NCBI GenBank assembly: GCA_963716255.1
Contig: OY970303.1
Span: 96,001 to 160,000, forward strand
Reading direction: 5' to 3'
From: an uncultured Gemmatimonadales bacterium
Lineage (GTDB): Bacteria; Gemmatimonadota; Gemmatimonadetes; Longimicrobiales; Longimicrobiaceae
DNA: 64,000 nt
How positions within the stretch are numbered: the first letter of the stretch is position 1; each line of letters starts with the position of its first letter. A model generated the notes under the pieces. The model worked only from the letters and a program-made list of their open reading frames with translations, was not told where the DNA came from and ran no database searches. A program made the translations under genes and the position numbers. Shown one piece after another: positions 11,026 through 21,028 of this stretch.

Positions 11026-11790
11026 ATGTCGAGTCCCAACCTGACCGGTCTCCGCGTGGCGGTGCTGGCCGCCGACGGCGTGGAGCAGATCGAGCTGACG
11101 AGTCCCCGCGACAAGCTGCTGGAGCACGGCGCCGAAGTGGAGGTGGTTTCCCTGCGCCCCGGCTCCATCCAGGCCATGAACGCCATGGTCCCCGGCAAGA
11201 AGATCGACGTGGACCGCACCCTTTCCGGCGCAAAGCCCGACGACTTCGACGCCCTGCTCCTCCCGGGCGGCCACTTCAACCCCGACTTCCTGCGCCAGAG
11301 CGAGCGCGCGCTGGACTTCGTGCGCAGGATGGACCGCGACCGCAAGCCCATCGCCGTGATCTGCCACGGGCCGTGGGTGCTCATCTCCGCGGGGCTGGTG
11401 CGCGGGCGGCACCTCACCTCCTGGCCCGGCATCCGCGACGACGTCCGCAACGCCGGCGGCGGCTGGACCGACGAGGCGCTGGTGCGCGACCGCAACTGGG
11501 TGTCCAGCCGCAGCCCGCAGGACCTGCGCAAGTTCAACAAGGGGATGCTGGAGCTGTTCGCCGAGCACAGCCCGAACGCCGACGTGGACGACGCCCCCGG
11601 CATGGCCATGGGGCGGCTGGTGGCGAGCGGGCTCGCGCTGGCGGCCATCGGCTACGGCCTGCGCCAGTGGCAGGGCGGCGAGTCCGGCGGCGACGCGGCC
11701 GGCGCGCTGCCGGGCCGCGGCTACCGCGACGGATTCCGCGGCACCCCGCGCTCCGTCTCCCGCCACGTGGAAGCCGACGTAGCGCTCTGA
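11026..11790 (+). CDS. pfpI: PfpI/DJ-1 family type-1 glutamine-amidotransferase-like protein
   Basis: VAVLAADGVEQIEL, LLLPGG, ICHGPW, SSRSPQDL. Confidence 0.88.
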   Translation: MSSPNLTGLRVAVLAADGVEQIELTSPRDKLLEHGAEVEVVSLRPGSIQAMNAMVPGKKIDVDRTLSGAKPDDFDALLLPGGHFNPDFLRQSERALDFVRRMDRDRKPIAVICHGPWVLISAGLVRGRHLTSWPGIRDDVRNAGGGWTDEALVRDRNWVSSRSPQDLRKFNKGMLELFAEHSPNADVDDAPGMAMGRLVASGLALAAIGYGLRQWQGGESGGDAAGALPGRGYRDGFRGTPRSVSRHVEADVAL

Positions 11791-11992
11791 CCCGCGCCCG
11801 CCGGGACCCTGCCGTCCCCGCCCCACCGGGCGGGGGCGGCTCTGGTCGTTCCCGCCGCCCCCGCTTGTCCGCCGACCCGGCCCGCATTAATCTGCCCCCA
11901 CTTCAGAAGTCGCTTTCCATTCGCCGCTCCCCGCCCCCGCGCACGGGCGGGGCAGGCGCGCATGCTCCACCACCCGCCAGGGAGCCCGCAGC

Positions 11993-13153
11993 ATGGAAAC
12001 CGTCGCGCTCGACCGTCTCACCGGCCTGATCGACAAGCGGTACCGCACCTTCTTCCCGCCCGGACGGGAGATCCCCTTCGAGGTCCGCGGCAACGGCGCG
12101 CCCCCCAAGCGGTTCGGCAGCGGCGACCCGGAGTTCGCCATCGTCGTCAACGACCGCAGCGGGCTGGCGGCGCTCGCCTCCCTGGACAAGACGGCGCTCG
12201 CCGAGGCGTACATGCGCGGCAACATCGACGTGGAGGGCGACCTCACGCGCGTGCTCGCCATGCGCAGCATGTTCGACGACCGGCACCCGCTGCGCTTCGT
12301 GTGGCGCTTCGCGCAGCCGTTCATCTTCGGGCAGGTGGCGCGCGACAAGAAGTGGATCGCCGCGCACTACGACTATGAGCAGGACTTCTACCTGCTGTGG
12401 CTGGACGCGCGGCACCGCTGCTACTCGCAGGGGATCTTCGCGCACGACGACGAGCCCATCGAGGACGCGATGAGGCGCAAGCTGGACTTCGCCATCGACG
12501 CCGTGGGGGCGAAGCCGGGCGACCGCGTGCTGGACATCGGCGGCGGGTGGGGGGCGTTCACCCAGCACGCCGGGCGGCGGGGGATCCGCGTCACCTCGCT
12601 GACCATCTCCGCCGAGTCCGAGAAGTTCCTCCAGGACCTCATCGCCCGCGAGGACCTTCCCTGCACCGTGCTGCTGGAGCACCTTTTCGAGCACCGCCCC
12701 GCGGAAAAGTACGACGCCATCGTCAACCTGGGCGTGACCGAGCACCTCCCCGACTACCGCCGCACGCTGGCGGTATACCAGGGGCTGCTGAAGCCGGGCG
12801 GCAGGATCTACCTGGACGCCAGCGCCCACCGCGAGAAGCACTCCGAGTCCACCTTCCTGGAGCGCTACATCTATCCCGGCAACGGCTCGCTCCTGTGCCT
12901 GCACGAGTACCTGGCCGAGGTGGCGAAGTCGCCGTTCCAGGTGCGCGCCGTCTACGACGACCGCCGCAACTACGAGATCACCTCGCTGCACTGGGCGCGG
13001 GCGCTGGACCGCCACAGGGAGGAGGTCGAGCGGCGCTGGGGGGGCGAGCTGTACCGCAAGTTCAGGCTGTACCTGTGGGGGTGCGTGGACGGGTTCGGGC
13101 GCGACATGATCCAGGCGTACAGGTGGATCATGGAGCTTCCGGCGGGGGTCTGA
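11993..13153 (+). CDS. Cyclopropane-fatty-acyl-phospholipid synthase family SAM methyltransferase
   Basis: AEAYMRG, IAAHYD, YSQG, VLDIGGGWG, TLTIS, RYIYPG. Confidence 0.85.
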   Translation: METVALDRLTGLIDKRYRTFFPPGREIPFEVRGNGAPPKRFGSGDPEFAIVVNDRSGLAALASLDKTALAEAYMRGNIDVEGDLTRVLAMRSMFDDRHPLRFVWRFAQPFIFGQVARDKKWIAAHYDYEQDFYLLWLDARHRCYSQGIFAHDDEPIEDAMRRKLDFAIDAVGAKPGDRVLDIGGGWGAFTQHAGRRGIRVTSLTISAESEKFLQDLIAREDLPCTVLLEHLFEHRPAEKYDAIVNLGVTEHLPDYRRTLAVYQGLLKPGGRIYLDASAHREKHSESTFLERYIYPGNGSLLCLHEYLAEVAKSPFQVRAVYDDRRNYEITSLHWARALDRHREEVERRWGGELYRKFRLYLWGCVDGFGRDMIQAYRWIMELPAGV

Positions 13154-13189
13154 TCGGCTTTTACGGCTTCAACTGCTTTTACGGCTGGG

Positions 13190-13340
13190 TCGGGCGTGCC
13201 CCCGGCTGGCGCCGGGGTCGGGCTTCGGCTCCGTAAGCCCGCAAACAACGCGGGCTAACGGAGTCGAGCCCCGGCGGCAGCACCTCTGAACTGAGGTGCC
13301 CCGCCGGGTCTCGCCCCTTCGGGCCGAAATCCCTCACGCG
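13190..13340 (+). repeat. Repeat family A, copy 3 (extended hairpin)
   Basis: Consensus, with GCACCTC-TGAACT-GAGGTGC replacing the AAACWGCC loop. Confidence 0.95.
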
Positions 13341-13362
13341 GGCATCACGCTGGCGTCCGCGG

Positions 13363-13392
13363 GGGCCCCCACCCGGCTCGCTTTAGGCTCGC
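13363..13392 (+). repeat. Repeat family B, left part, split by IS5
   Basis: GGGCCCCCACCCGGCTCGCTTTAGGCTCGC; remainder (CCCCCAATTCTGGGGGAGGGCTTCC) follows the IS. Confidence 0.8.
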
Positions 13393-13408
13393 ACGGCTTG
13401 CCCCCTAT

Positions 13409-14794
13409 CAGGTTGCTGAAAAGCTTGTGCGCACGCGCGTGCGCGCGAGGGTGTGGCGTCGTAGATTGGGGAAAACCTGTCCTCACACTCTCGGGGAGCA
13501 GCCACGATGCGCGGACGAGTCAGCCAGCAGCACGCGATGTGGATGTTCTACGATCCGGAGAGCCTGCTCTCGCCTACGCATCCGCTGCGGGCGGTCAAGG
13601 CGCGAGCCGATGCGGTGCTGGCCGGGATGAGTCCGGAGTTCGACCGCGCCTACGCGGCTCTGGGACGGGCGAGTATCCCGCCGGAGATGCTGCTGAAGGC
13701 GCTGCTGCTTCAGGCGCTGCACTCGATCCGTTCGGAGCGGATGCTGGTGGAGCAGATCGGAGTGAACTTGGCTTACCGGTGGTTCCTGGACCTGGAGCCG
13801 CATGCGGGGGTGTGGGATGCGACCACGTTCACGCAGAACCGGGATCGGTTCGAGAAGCACGGGCTGGTGCGCACCTTCTTCGAGCGGATCATCGAGGGGG
13901 CGTACCTGGAGGAACTGGCGAGCCAGGAGCACTTCTCGATCGATGGCAGCCTGATCGAGAGCTATGCCTCGATGAAGAGCCTGCGCAAGATCGGCAGCCC
14001 GGACGAGAAGGTCAGCGACGGCTCGAAGGACGGCGACACGAGCAATCCCTCGGTGAACTTCCGCAAAGAGAAGCGGACCAACGCGACGCACCGCTCGCTC
14101 ACGGACCCCGAGGCGCGCCTGGCGACCAAGAGCAAGGGAGTGCCGGCGCGGCTGTGCCATCTGCTGAACGCGCTGATGGAGAACCGGCACGGGCTGCTCA
14201 TCGACGTCAGCGTGGTGGAGGCCGACGGGACGGGCGAGCGCGACCAGGCACTCCTGCTGCTGGAGCGCAGCCGGATTCGGCACGACTTGCCGGTGGAGCG
14301 CACGGTGGGGCTGGATGGGGGCTATCCCAGTGGCCCGTTCCTCCAGGCAGCCTATCAGGACGGTGTGAGCGCGCACGTGCCGATCCCGGAGGGGCCGATC
14401 GACCCGGACGCCAAGGGAGCCGAAGCGCGCAGCCGAGCCCGAGAGCGGATGGGTACGCCGGAGTACGCCCTCTCGCAACGCAAGCGTAAGCGGATCGAGG
14501 AGATCTTCGGCTGGGCAAAGGAGATCGGCGGGATGCGTCGGAGCCGCCACGTGGATCGCTGGAAGCTGACGCAGAAGGCGCTGATCGTGGGCGCCGCGTA
14601 CAACCTCCTGCGCCTGGCACGCCTCGCGCCGGGTTTGCAGGCCCTCGCCTGAGGCACAGTGCGTCCGTGCACGCCGAAAATGGCTGCACGGGCGGGAAAC
14701 CGGGCACCCCATACGCCGGAAAAGCCCCGTTTCGCTGATTCTGGAGTGGAAGTTTTCCACGTCACACTCCAGGCTGCCGTTTTTCAGCGACCTG
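13409..14794 (+). mobile_element. Complete IS5-family insertion sequence (1386 bp)
   Basis: 14-bp terminal IRs CAGGTTGCTGAAAA / TTTTCAGCGACCTG (1 mismatch); CTAT direct repeat at 13405-13408 and 14795-14798. Confidence 0.92.
13507..14652 (+). CDS. IS5-family DDE transposase
   Basis: HPLRAVK, GRASIPPEMLLKALLLQ, YRWFLDL, FSIDGSLIES, TDPEARL, DGGY, RKRIEEIFGWAK. Confidence 0.93.
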   Translation: MRGRVSQQHAMWMFYDPESLLSPTHPLRAVKARADAVLAGMSPEFDRAYAALGRASIPPEMLLKALLLQALHSIRSERMLVEQIGVNLAYRWFLDLEPHAGVWDATTFTQNRDRFEKHGLVRTFFERIIEGAYLEELASQEHFSIDGSLIESYASMKSLRKIGSPDEKVSDGSKDGDTSNPSVNFRKEKRTNATHRSLTDPEARLATKSKGVPARLCHLLNALMENRHGLLIDVSVVEADGTGERDQALLLLERSRIRHDLPVERTVGLDGGYPSGPFLQAAYQDGVSAHVPIPEGPIDPDAKGAEARSRARERMGTPEYALSQRKRKRIEEIFGWAKEIGGMRRSRHVDRWKLTQKALIVGAAYNLLRLARLAPGLQALA

Positions 14795-14799
14795 CTATA

Positions 14800-14889
14800 T
14801 CCCCCAATTCTGGGGGAGGGCTTCCTGACCCTCGCGTGCGTCGTGTCGTTCTCCCCTCCCCCTTGCGGGGAGGGGCCGGGGGAGGGGGT
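14800..14889. repeat. Repeat family B, right part, plus a related opposite-orientation arm
   Basis: TCCCCCAATTCTGGGGGAGGG, then CCCCTCCCC-CTTGC-GGGGAGGGGCCGGGGGAGGGG. Confidence 0.7.
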
Positions 14890-14940
14890 CCGCCGTTGCA
14901 GGCTGTTCCCTGTTCCTTATTCCCTGTTCCCTCTCGTTTC

Positions 14941-15921
14941 ATGCAATACACGCAGCTCGGCGGCACCGGACTCACCGTTTCGCGCATCTGCCTGGGGTGC
15001 ATGAGCTACGGCAGCTCGCGGTGGAGGCCGTGGGTGCTGGACGAGGAGGAGTCGCGGCCGTTCTTCCGGCGGGCGGTGGAGGCCGGGATCAACTTCTTCG
15101 ACACGGCGGACATGTACTCGCTGGGGGCGAGCGAAGAGATCACCGGGCGGGCGCTGCGCGAGTACGCGAGCATGGACGAGGTGGTGCTCGCCACCAAGGT
15201 GTACTGGCCCATGGGCGAGGGGCCCAACCTGCGCGGGCTCTCGCGCAAGCACGTGGTGCAGGCGTGCGAGGCCAGCCTGCGGCGGCTGGGCGTGGACACC
15301 ATCGACCTGTACCAGATCCACCGCTTCGACGCGGCCACGCCCATCGAGGAGACGCTTGCGGCGCTGGACCAGCTGGTGAGGCAGGGCAAGGTGCGCTACG
15401 TCGGCGCGAGCTCGGGGTACGCCTGGCAGCTCGCGCGCGCGCTCTCCGCCGCGGAGCGCAGCGGCTGGGCGCGCTTCGTGTCCATGCAGAACCACTACAA
15501 CCTGGTGTACCGCGAGGAGGAGCGGGAGATGATCCCCCTCTGCCTGGCCGAGGGGCTGGGCGTGATCCCCTGGTCGCCGCTGGCGCGCGGGCTCCTGGCC
15601 CGCGGCGCGTCCGCCATGGCCGACCGCGCCGCCACCCCCCGCGCCGGCAGCGACGCCTACGCCGACCAGCTCTACGACTCCCCCGGCGACCGCGACGTGG
15701 TGGAGGCCAACCAGCGCGTCGCCGAGGCGCGCGGCGTGTCCCCCGCCGAGACCGCGCTCGCATGGCTGCTGGGCCGCCCGGGCGTGGCCGCGCCCATCGT
15801 CGGCGCGACGAAGCCGCACCACCTGGACGCCGCCCTCCGCTCGCTGGAGCTGACGCTCACCGACGACGAGCGCGCCGCGCTGGAGGCGCCCTACCAGCCG
15901 CACACGGTGAAGGGGCACTGA
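14941..15921 (+). CDS. Aldo/keto reductase
   Basis: LGGTGLTVSRICLGCMSYG, FFDTADMYS, IDLYQIHRFD, PWSPLARG. Confidence 0.93.
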   Translation: MQYTQLGGTGLTVSRICLGCMSYGSSRWRPWVLDEEESRPFFRRAVEAGINFFDTADMYSLGASEEITGRALREYASMDEVVLATKVYWPMGEGPNLRGLSRKHVVQACEASLRRLGVDTIDLYQIHRFDAATPIEETLAALDQLVRQGKVRYVGASSGYAWQLARALSAAERSGWARFVSMQNHYNLVYREEEREMIPLCLAEGLGVIPWSPLARGLLARGASAMADRAATPRAGSDAYADQLYDSPGDRDVVEANQRVAEARGVSPAETALAWLLGRPGVAAPIVGATKPHHLDAALRSLELTLTDDERAALEAPYQPHTVKGH

Positions 15922-15953
15922 GGGCCCTCACCCGGCTCGCTCGAGGCTCGCCA
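15922..15953 (+). repeat. Repeat family B, partial copy
   Basis: GGGCCCTCACCCGGCTCGCTCGAGGCTCGCCA directly after stop codon. Confidence 0.75.
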
Positions 15954-16043
15954 AACGGGTCCTTCATCCGGTTCACGCGAAGCGTGAAGCGCCATTCTGG
16001 GAGAGGGGGCGACAGCGGGGATCCTGCGGCTACTTCGGCAGCT

Positions 16044-16178
16044 GCGTGAGGGATTTCGGCCCGAAGGGGCGAGACCCGGCGGGGCTGTTTCCGCCGGGTC
16101 TCGACTCCGTTGGGCTGCGTTGTTTGCAGCCCTACGGAGCCGAAGCCCGACCCCGGCGCCAGCCGGGGGCACGCCCGA
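16044..16178 (-). repeat. Repeat family A, copy 4
   Basis: Reverse complement of consensus. Confidence 0.95.
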
Positions 16179-16192
16179 ATCCGCCGTTCAAG

Positions 16193-19100
16193 TCAGGCGT
16201 TGAGCGCGCGCTGGCCGCAGGCGAGACAGGCGCCCACGTTCACCGGACCGACCGCCTGGTTCTGGTCGGCGACGGTGCTCCATCCCAGGGCCACGTGCCC
16301 CATGAGGTGCGCGACGTTGACGTCGCCCTGGCGTCCGCCGTGGTTCGCGACGAGCGGCGTGTTGCGTCGCATGGTCCAGCCCCGCGCTTCGTACTCGGCC
16401 ACGGCCAGGGGGTGCGGGTGGCCCAGGTTGCCCAGTGTCTCGGCGGGGTAGCAGTGGTCGTTCCCCGTCAGCACTCCGTACGAGTAGGCGATGCGGCCGG
16501 GGGAGGGGCCGCCCCCGACGGCGGCGGCGGCGGCGGCCGGGGCGGTGGTCTGCTGCTCCACCGCCCGCAGGGCGGCGTCGATCGCCTTGCCGGACACGCC
16601 GGCTTGCCGCTGCGCCTCGCCGATCATGGCGTTGATGGCGGCCTCCCGCGCCGCCGCCTGGATGGTCACCGGGGCGGGCCAGGCCGCGCCCAGGGCGGTC
16701 GCCATCACCGCGGCGACGTCGCCCCGCAGCGTGGCCACGTCGCCGAGCGGCGGCGCCAGGCCCAGCCCCACCAGCGCCGCGTCCATCTCCTGGTTCGCCA
16801 CGGGTGGGAGGGCGGGGTTGACCGCGACGGCTGCGGCCGCGGCGGCGGCGCACGCGAGCCGGGACACCACCAGGACGTACGCCGCGGGGAGCGGCGGGTT
16901 GTCGAAGGCGGGGACCGTGAAGCGGGCCGCCCGCACGGCGGCGATCTCCACGTTGGCGGGGGTGAGCGCGGCGGCGACCACGCCGGCGAAGGCGACCATG
17001 GGATGCGACACGCCCAGGGTGGCGAGGGAGGGATGGACGGCCTCGACGGCCGTCTCGATCTCACCGCAGCGCGCCGCGCTGAACGCCATGGCGGCGTACT
17101 GCGCCCGCTGGCGGACGGCCTCCATCGTGAGCACGCTTCCGCGCTTGACCGTCGCGAGGGCGCTCTCGGCGGTCGCCAGCGGCGCACCGCCGGCGAGGGC
17201 CACGCCGAGCACGCCGGCGTTCGCCCCCAGGTTGGCCGGACCGGCGGCGGGTCCGCCCCCCCCGTTGACGATCAGCGCGACCGCCGCCGGCTTCAGGTCG
17301 TCGCGCAGGGCGTCGAGGCCAAGCGCGGCCTGCCGCAGCGCGGCGATCACCGCGCGCACGGCCGCCAGGGCGGCGTCGGCGGCGGTCGGGGCGGGCACGG
17401 AGACCGCGAGGGCCGCGGCGACGGGCCTGGCGTACAGGGTCGTGAAAGCGGGGGCCAGGGGGTCCACCGCCGCGGCGACCTGGCCCACGGCCGCCACGGC
17501 CCGCCCCACCGCCACCGCGCCCGTCCTCACCACGGCGAGCGCGGCCCGGGCCGTGGACTCGGCCCGGTTGGCGGTGAGCGGGGTGACGAGCGGCGCGATG
17601 GCGACGCCGCCCAACGCGCCGGCGCCGTTGATGTCGGCGGCCACGTTCGGCGCGCCGGCCATGGCGGACATCACGGCCCGCACGGCGGCGCGCGCCACGT
17701 TGGCGGCGGTGGCGGGAACGGCCGCGGCGCCCCCCAGGCGCATCGCCAGGTCGGCGGCCACGGGGCGGGCGAACAGGAGAGTGTTGGCCGCGGCGCCGCC
17801 CGGGACCACCCCGGCCACCAGGCCCACCGCCGTGGCCGCGCCGAACTCCAGCGTCTTCACCACGGCCTCCACCATCAGCGCGTCCACGGCCTCGAAGGCG
17901 AGCGCCGCGCCGCGCAGCCGCACCCGGGCGGCGGCGGCGGCTTCGGCGTAGTCCTGCGCGGAGCCGGTGCCGATGCGGGTGCGGGTGCCCAGGATGGCGG
18001 CGACGGCCACCTCGGCGGCTTCCGCCGCGGGGGCGAGGGTGGACTGCACGGCCGCGGCGGTCCCGGCGGCCAGGTTGTTGTAGTCGTTGCCCACGAGGCG
18101 CGCCACCTCGGCGGCGTTGCCGGCCTGGACCTGCTCGTAGCTCGCCGCGAGCACGGCGGCGGCGGCGGAGGCCCCCGCGTGGGCCACGTGCGTGAGCAGG
18201 CCCACGACCGGGGCTCCCGCCAGGTGGTTCGCCACCGCCGTCACGGCGCTGGCCGTGCTCCCCGCGCCCACCGCGTCCGCGACCGCGGGAGCGCCGGCCG
18301 CCGCACTCCCCGGCGCCCACGGAATGCGGTTGACGGCCAGGAACTCGCCGTTGTTCTCCATGTAGGAGCCGTGGTGCATGGCCGTCATCCCCACCACGAC
18401 CGGGAGCACCGGCACGGCTCCGAGCGGCTGCAGGGAGGGGACGTAGTCGTAGTTGGCGTCCCCGTTCAGCAGGACGAACCGCTCGCCGGGGGCGAAGGGC
18501 GGACTGCCATGGACCAGCCCGAAGTTCGCCGGCTCCAGGGCGGCCTGCACCACGCCGGCGGCCGCGGCCCCGAGCTGGCCGGCGAACGCGGTCGCGGCGG
18601 CGGCGGCGCGCGCGGTGCGGCCGGCCAGGGTGGCGGCGTTCCCAGCGGCGACGGTGCCGAGCGCGGCGTTCGCGGTGGCGGTCGCCATCCAGGCCGGCAG
18701 GACGCCACCGGGGACGGGGGCGAGCCCCAGCAGCGCCCCCACCCCGTTGATATCCGCCACCACGGCGGGCGCGGCGACGGCACCCTGCTGCACGGCCACG
18801 ACGGCGCGCAGCGCGGCGTGCGCCGCGTCGTCGGCCGTCACCCAGCCGGCGGGCGCGCCCAGCGCCGCCGCCACCGACCTGGCGTACAGCGCGGCGTGCG
18901 CGGGAAGCACGTGGGCGCCCGCCACCACGTTCACCCGCGCCGCGGCGGCGGCGGCCCGCCTCGTTTCGGCGGACATCCCCACCGTGAGGGGGTGGAGAGC
19001 CCCCGGATCCACGGGGTGGGCCACCCGGTCCACTACTTCCGGGGAAAAGTAGGCGAACGCGCCGGCCGCGGCGGCGGCGCGCGCCGCGTTCCCGCCGGCG

Positions 19101-20995
19101 TTCGCGACGTGTCCCGCGGCGACGGAATCGGCCGCCGCGGTCGCGGCGGCGGTGGCGTCCGCCACGGCCAGGTGGTCGGCGACCAGGAGGACCGCGGCGG
19201 CCACTCCCAGGTCGCCCGCGCCGTTGATCGCGGCGGCGATCCCGGCGACCCCGCCGCCCACGGGGACCAGCGCGGCGATCGCCGCGCGGACCGCGGCCAG
19301 GGCGAGCACGGCGGGGGCGGCGACGACGACGCCGGAAAGCGCCACCGCCACCGGCCGCGCGTGGAGGAGCGTGTTGGCGGGCGCTCCGCCCGGTACCGCC
19401 GCGGGGAGCGCCGCCAGCGCCTGCTGCGCCAGGAGCACGGCGGGATCCTCACGCACGCACACGAAGGCCACCAGCCCGCTGCCGTTCCGGTCGGCGCCGG
19501 AGGCGCGCTCCACGTATCCCCATGGAAACGCCATGTAGTACCCGGCCGCGCGGTTCGCCGGCCAGGCCACGGTGCGTCCCCCCGCGGTGTGGATCCGCGC
19601 CAGCAGACCGCCGTAGTTGCCGCCGTGCGCCTGTCCGCGCCCCTCCGGCACGATCCAGGTGAGCCGGTGCGCGGCCGGCGTCCCGAAGCCCAGCATGTAG
19701 TGGTCCTCGTCCGAGTGGGACAGGATCACCGCCGGCCGGTCGCAGACACACGGAACGAAGCCCGCGGCCGGCCAGGAGCTGTTGTTGAAGCCGCTCGGCC
19801 GCCCCATGTCGAAGTAGGCGAGAATGTGCCCCGCCGCGTCGTAGAGCGCGTTGCAGTTGCCGTGGCCGATGTTGTACACGGCCACCTGCCCGCCCGGCAT
19901 GGGGTCGGGCTGCTGCGCGCCGGCCCCGTCCGACGGGCTCCCGCAGTAGCGGAGCGGCGCCGCGAGGTCCACGGGAGCGGGCGTCCGGGCCCTGCCGCGG
20001 CGCCCGGGGGGTGGACCCCATGCCGGGGGCGCGCCCCCCGGGAAGGCGCCGGCCGGCGCGAGCGTCCAGGCACCCGGCGCGCCCAGGAGCCAGCCCAGCG
20101 GCGCCAGCACCCCGGCCGCCGCCGGGCCCCAGGAGCCCAGCAGCGCGCCGAGCCGCCCCGCGGCCCGGTGCGCCGCCCGGAAGAAGGCCCAGGGGTTGTC
20201 CTCCTCCTCGACCACGTCCATCGCGCGGAGGCCCTCCTGCACCGCCCAGCCCTGGAGCTCGGGCGGGGCGGAGCCCCGGGGCGCCCCGCCGGCCCCCCGG
20301 CCGTCGCCGCCATCCATGGGGTCGTCCTCCGCTTCCGCCTCGTCGAACGGATCCGGCGCGCCCGTGTGGACGGAGTGCAGCACCTTGAGCGCGGCCTGCG
20401 GGATGCGGCCGTCCAGGCGCTGCTCCGCCACCGGCTCGAAGCGCGCCACCTGCCGCTCCACGCTTTCGCCGTACAGCTGGTCCGCCCCCACGAGCACCGT
20501 GTGCACGCCCACGACCCCGTTTCCGTACGCGTCCGGCGCCGTCAGGGCCAGGTCGTGCCACTGCTCCAGCTCCGCCGCGAACGGCCGGCTCGCCGGGAGG
20601 AGGAACTCCACCGTCGACAGCTCGGGCGGGGGCCTCCCCCGTGCCCAGAAGCGCTCCAGGTACCACTCCCAGCAGGCGTACGCGGCGGGGGTGTCGTCCA
20701 GCGCCTCGAACGTCCTCCCGCCGATCTCCCCCAGCAGCGCCCGCCCCTGTTCCGTTTGCACCAGCTCTTCCCACACCTCGTCCATCCAGCTCTGCCGGAG
20801 ACACTCGGCGTGCACGTGCCAGGGTCCGCCTTCCGGCCCCTCCATGCGCGTCACGAAGGCGTAGAAGCCCAGGTTCCTGGGGCGCGCCTGCAGGACGTTG
20901 GGAGTGCGCCGGCTCATCTTGGCCTTGGGGGCGAGCCCGACGAGCGCGTCCAGCTCGTCCTGATCGTCGCGCCCTTCGGGGAGTCTCTTGGACAT
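16193..20995 (-). CDS. Large Ala-rich protein with split ComEC/Rec2-type metallo-beta-lactamase-fold domain (putative effector)
   Basis: YNIGHGNC, FDMG, ILSHSDEDH, RNGSG, LLNGDA, HHGS, YSYG..N..GHP in order, separated by long Ala-rich tracts. Confidence 0.72.
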   Translation of the reverse strand: MSKRLPEGRDDQDELDALVGLAPKAKMSRRTPNVLQARPRNLGFYAFVTRMEGPEGGPWHVHAECLRQSWMDEVWEELVQTEQGRALLGEIGGRTFEALDDTPAAYACWEWYLERFWARGRPPPELSTVEFLLPASRPFAAELEQWHDLALTAPDAYGNGVVGVHTVLVGADQLYGESVERQVARFEPVAEQRLDGRIPQAALKVLHSVHTGAPDPFDEAEAEDDPMDGGDGRGAGGAPRGSAPPELQGWAVQEGLRAMDVVEEEDNPWAFFRAAHRAAGRLGALLGSWGPAAAGVLAPLGWLLGAPGAWTLAPAGAFPGGAPPAWGPPPGRRGRARTPAPVDLAAPLRYCGSPSDGAGAQQPDPMPGGQVAVYNIGHGNCNALYDAAGHILAYFDMGRPSGFNNSSWPAAGFVPCVCDRPAVILSHSDEDHYMLGFGTPAAHRLTWIVPEGRGQAHGGNYGGLLARIHTAGGRTVAWPANRAAGYYMAFPWGYVERASGADRNGSGLVAFVCVREDPAVLLAQQALAALPAAVPGGAPANTLLHARPVAVALSGVVVAAPAVLALAAVRAAIAALVPVGGGVAGIAAAINGAGDLGVAAAVLLVADHLAVADATAAATAAADSVAAGHVANAGGNAARAAAAAGAFAYFSPEVVDRVAHPVDPGALHPLTVGMSAETRRAAAAAARVNVVAGAHVLPAHAALYARSVAAALGAPAGWVTADDAAHAALRAVVAVQQGAVAAPAVVADINGVGALLGLAPVPGGVLPAWMATATANAALGTVAAGNAATLAGRTARAAAAATAFAGQLGAAAAGVVQAALEPANFGLVHGSPPFAPGERFVLLNGDANYDYVPSLQPLGAVPVLPVVVGMTAMHHGSYMENNGEFLAVNRIPWAPGSAAAGAPAVADAVGAGSTASAVTAVANHLAGAPVVGLLTHVAHAGASAAAAVLAASYEQVQAGNAAEVARLVGNDYNNLAAGTAAAVQSTLAPAAEAAEVAVAAILGTRTRIGTGSAQDYAEAAAAARVRLRGAALAFEAVDALMVEAVVKTLEFGAATAVGLVAGVVPGGAAANTLLFARPVAADLAMRLGGAAAVPATAANVARAAVRAVMSAMAGAPNVAADINGAGALGGVAIAPLVTPLTANRAESTARAALAVVRTGAVAVGRAVAAVGQVAAAVDPLAPAFTTLYARPVAAALAVSVPAPTAADAALAAVRAVIAALRQAALGLDALRDDLKPAAVALIVNGGGGPAAGPANLGANAGVLGVALAGGAPLATAESALATVKRGSVLTMEAVRQRAQYAAMAFSAARCGEIETAVEAVHPSLATLGVSHPMVAFAGVVAAALTPANVEIAAVRAARFTVPAFDNPPLPAAYVLVVSRLACAAAAAAAVAVNPALPPVANQEMDAALVGLGLAPPLGDVATLRGDVAAVMATALGAAWPAPVTIQAAAREAAINAMIGEAQRQAGVSGKAIDAALRAVEQQTTAPAAAAAAVGGGPSPGRIAYSYGVLTGNDHCYPAETLGNLGHPHPLAVAEYEARGWTMRRNTPLVANHGGRQGDVNVAHLMGHVALGWSTVADQNQAVGPVNVGACLACGQRALNA

Positions 20996-21028
20996 CTCGC
21001 GGGTCGGTCGGGGATGGGCGGCGGGCGG

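Noticed and set aside
13157..13186. Short 9-mer repeats (GCTTTTACG) before family A copy 3
   Set aside because: Only about three degenerate units; no independent function supportable
16134..16182. GAGCCG...GCACG similarity to group II intron domain V, or a known ribozyme, in family A
   Set aside because: The lower D5 stem does not pair and there is no GNRA loop; I could not fit hammerhead or HDV cores by eye
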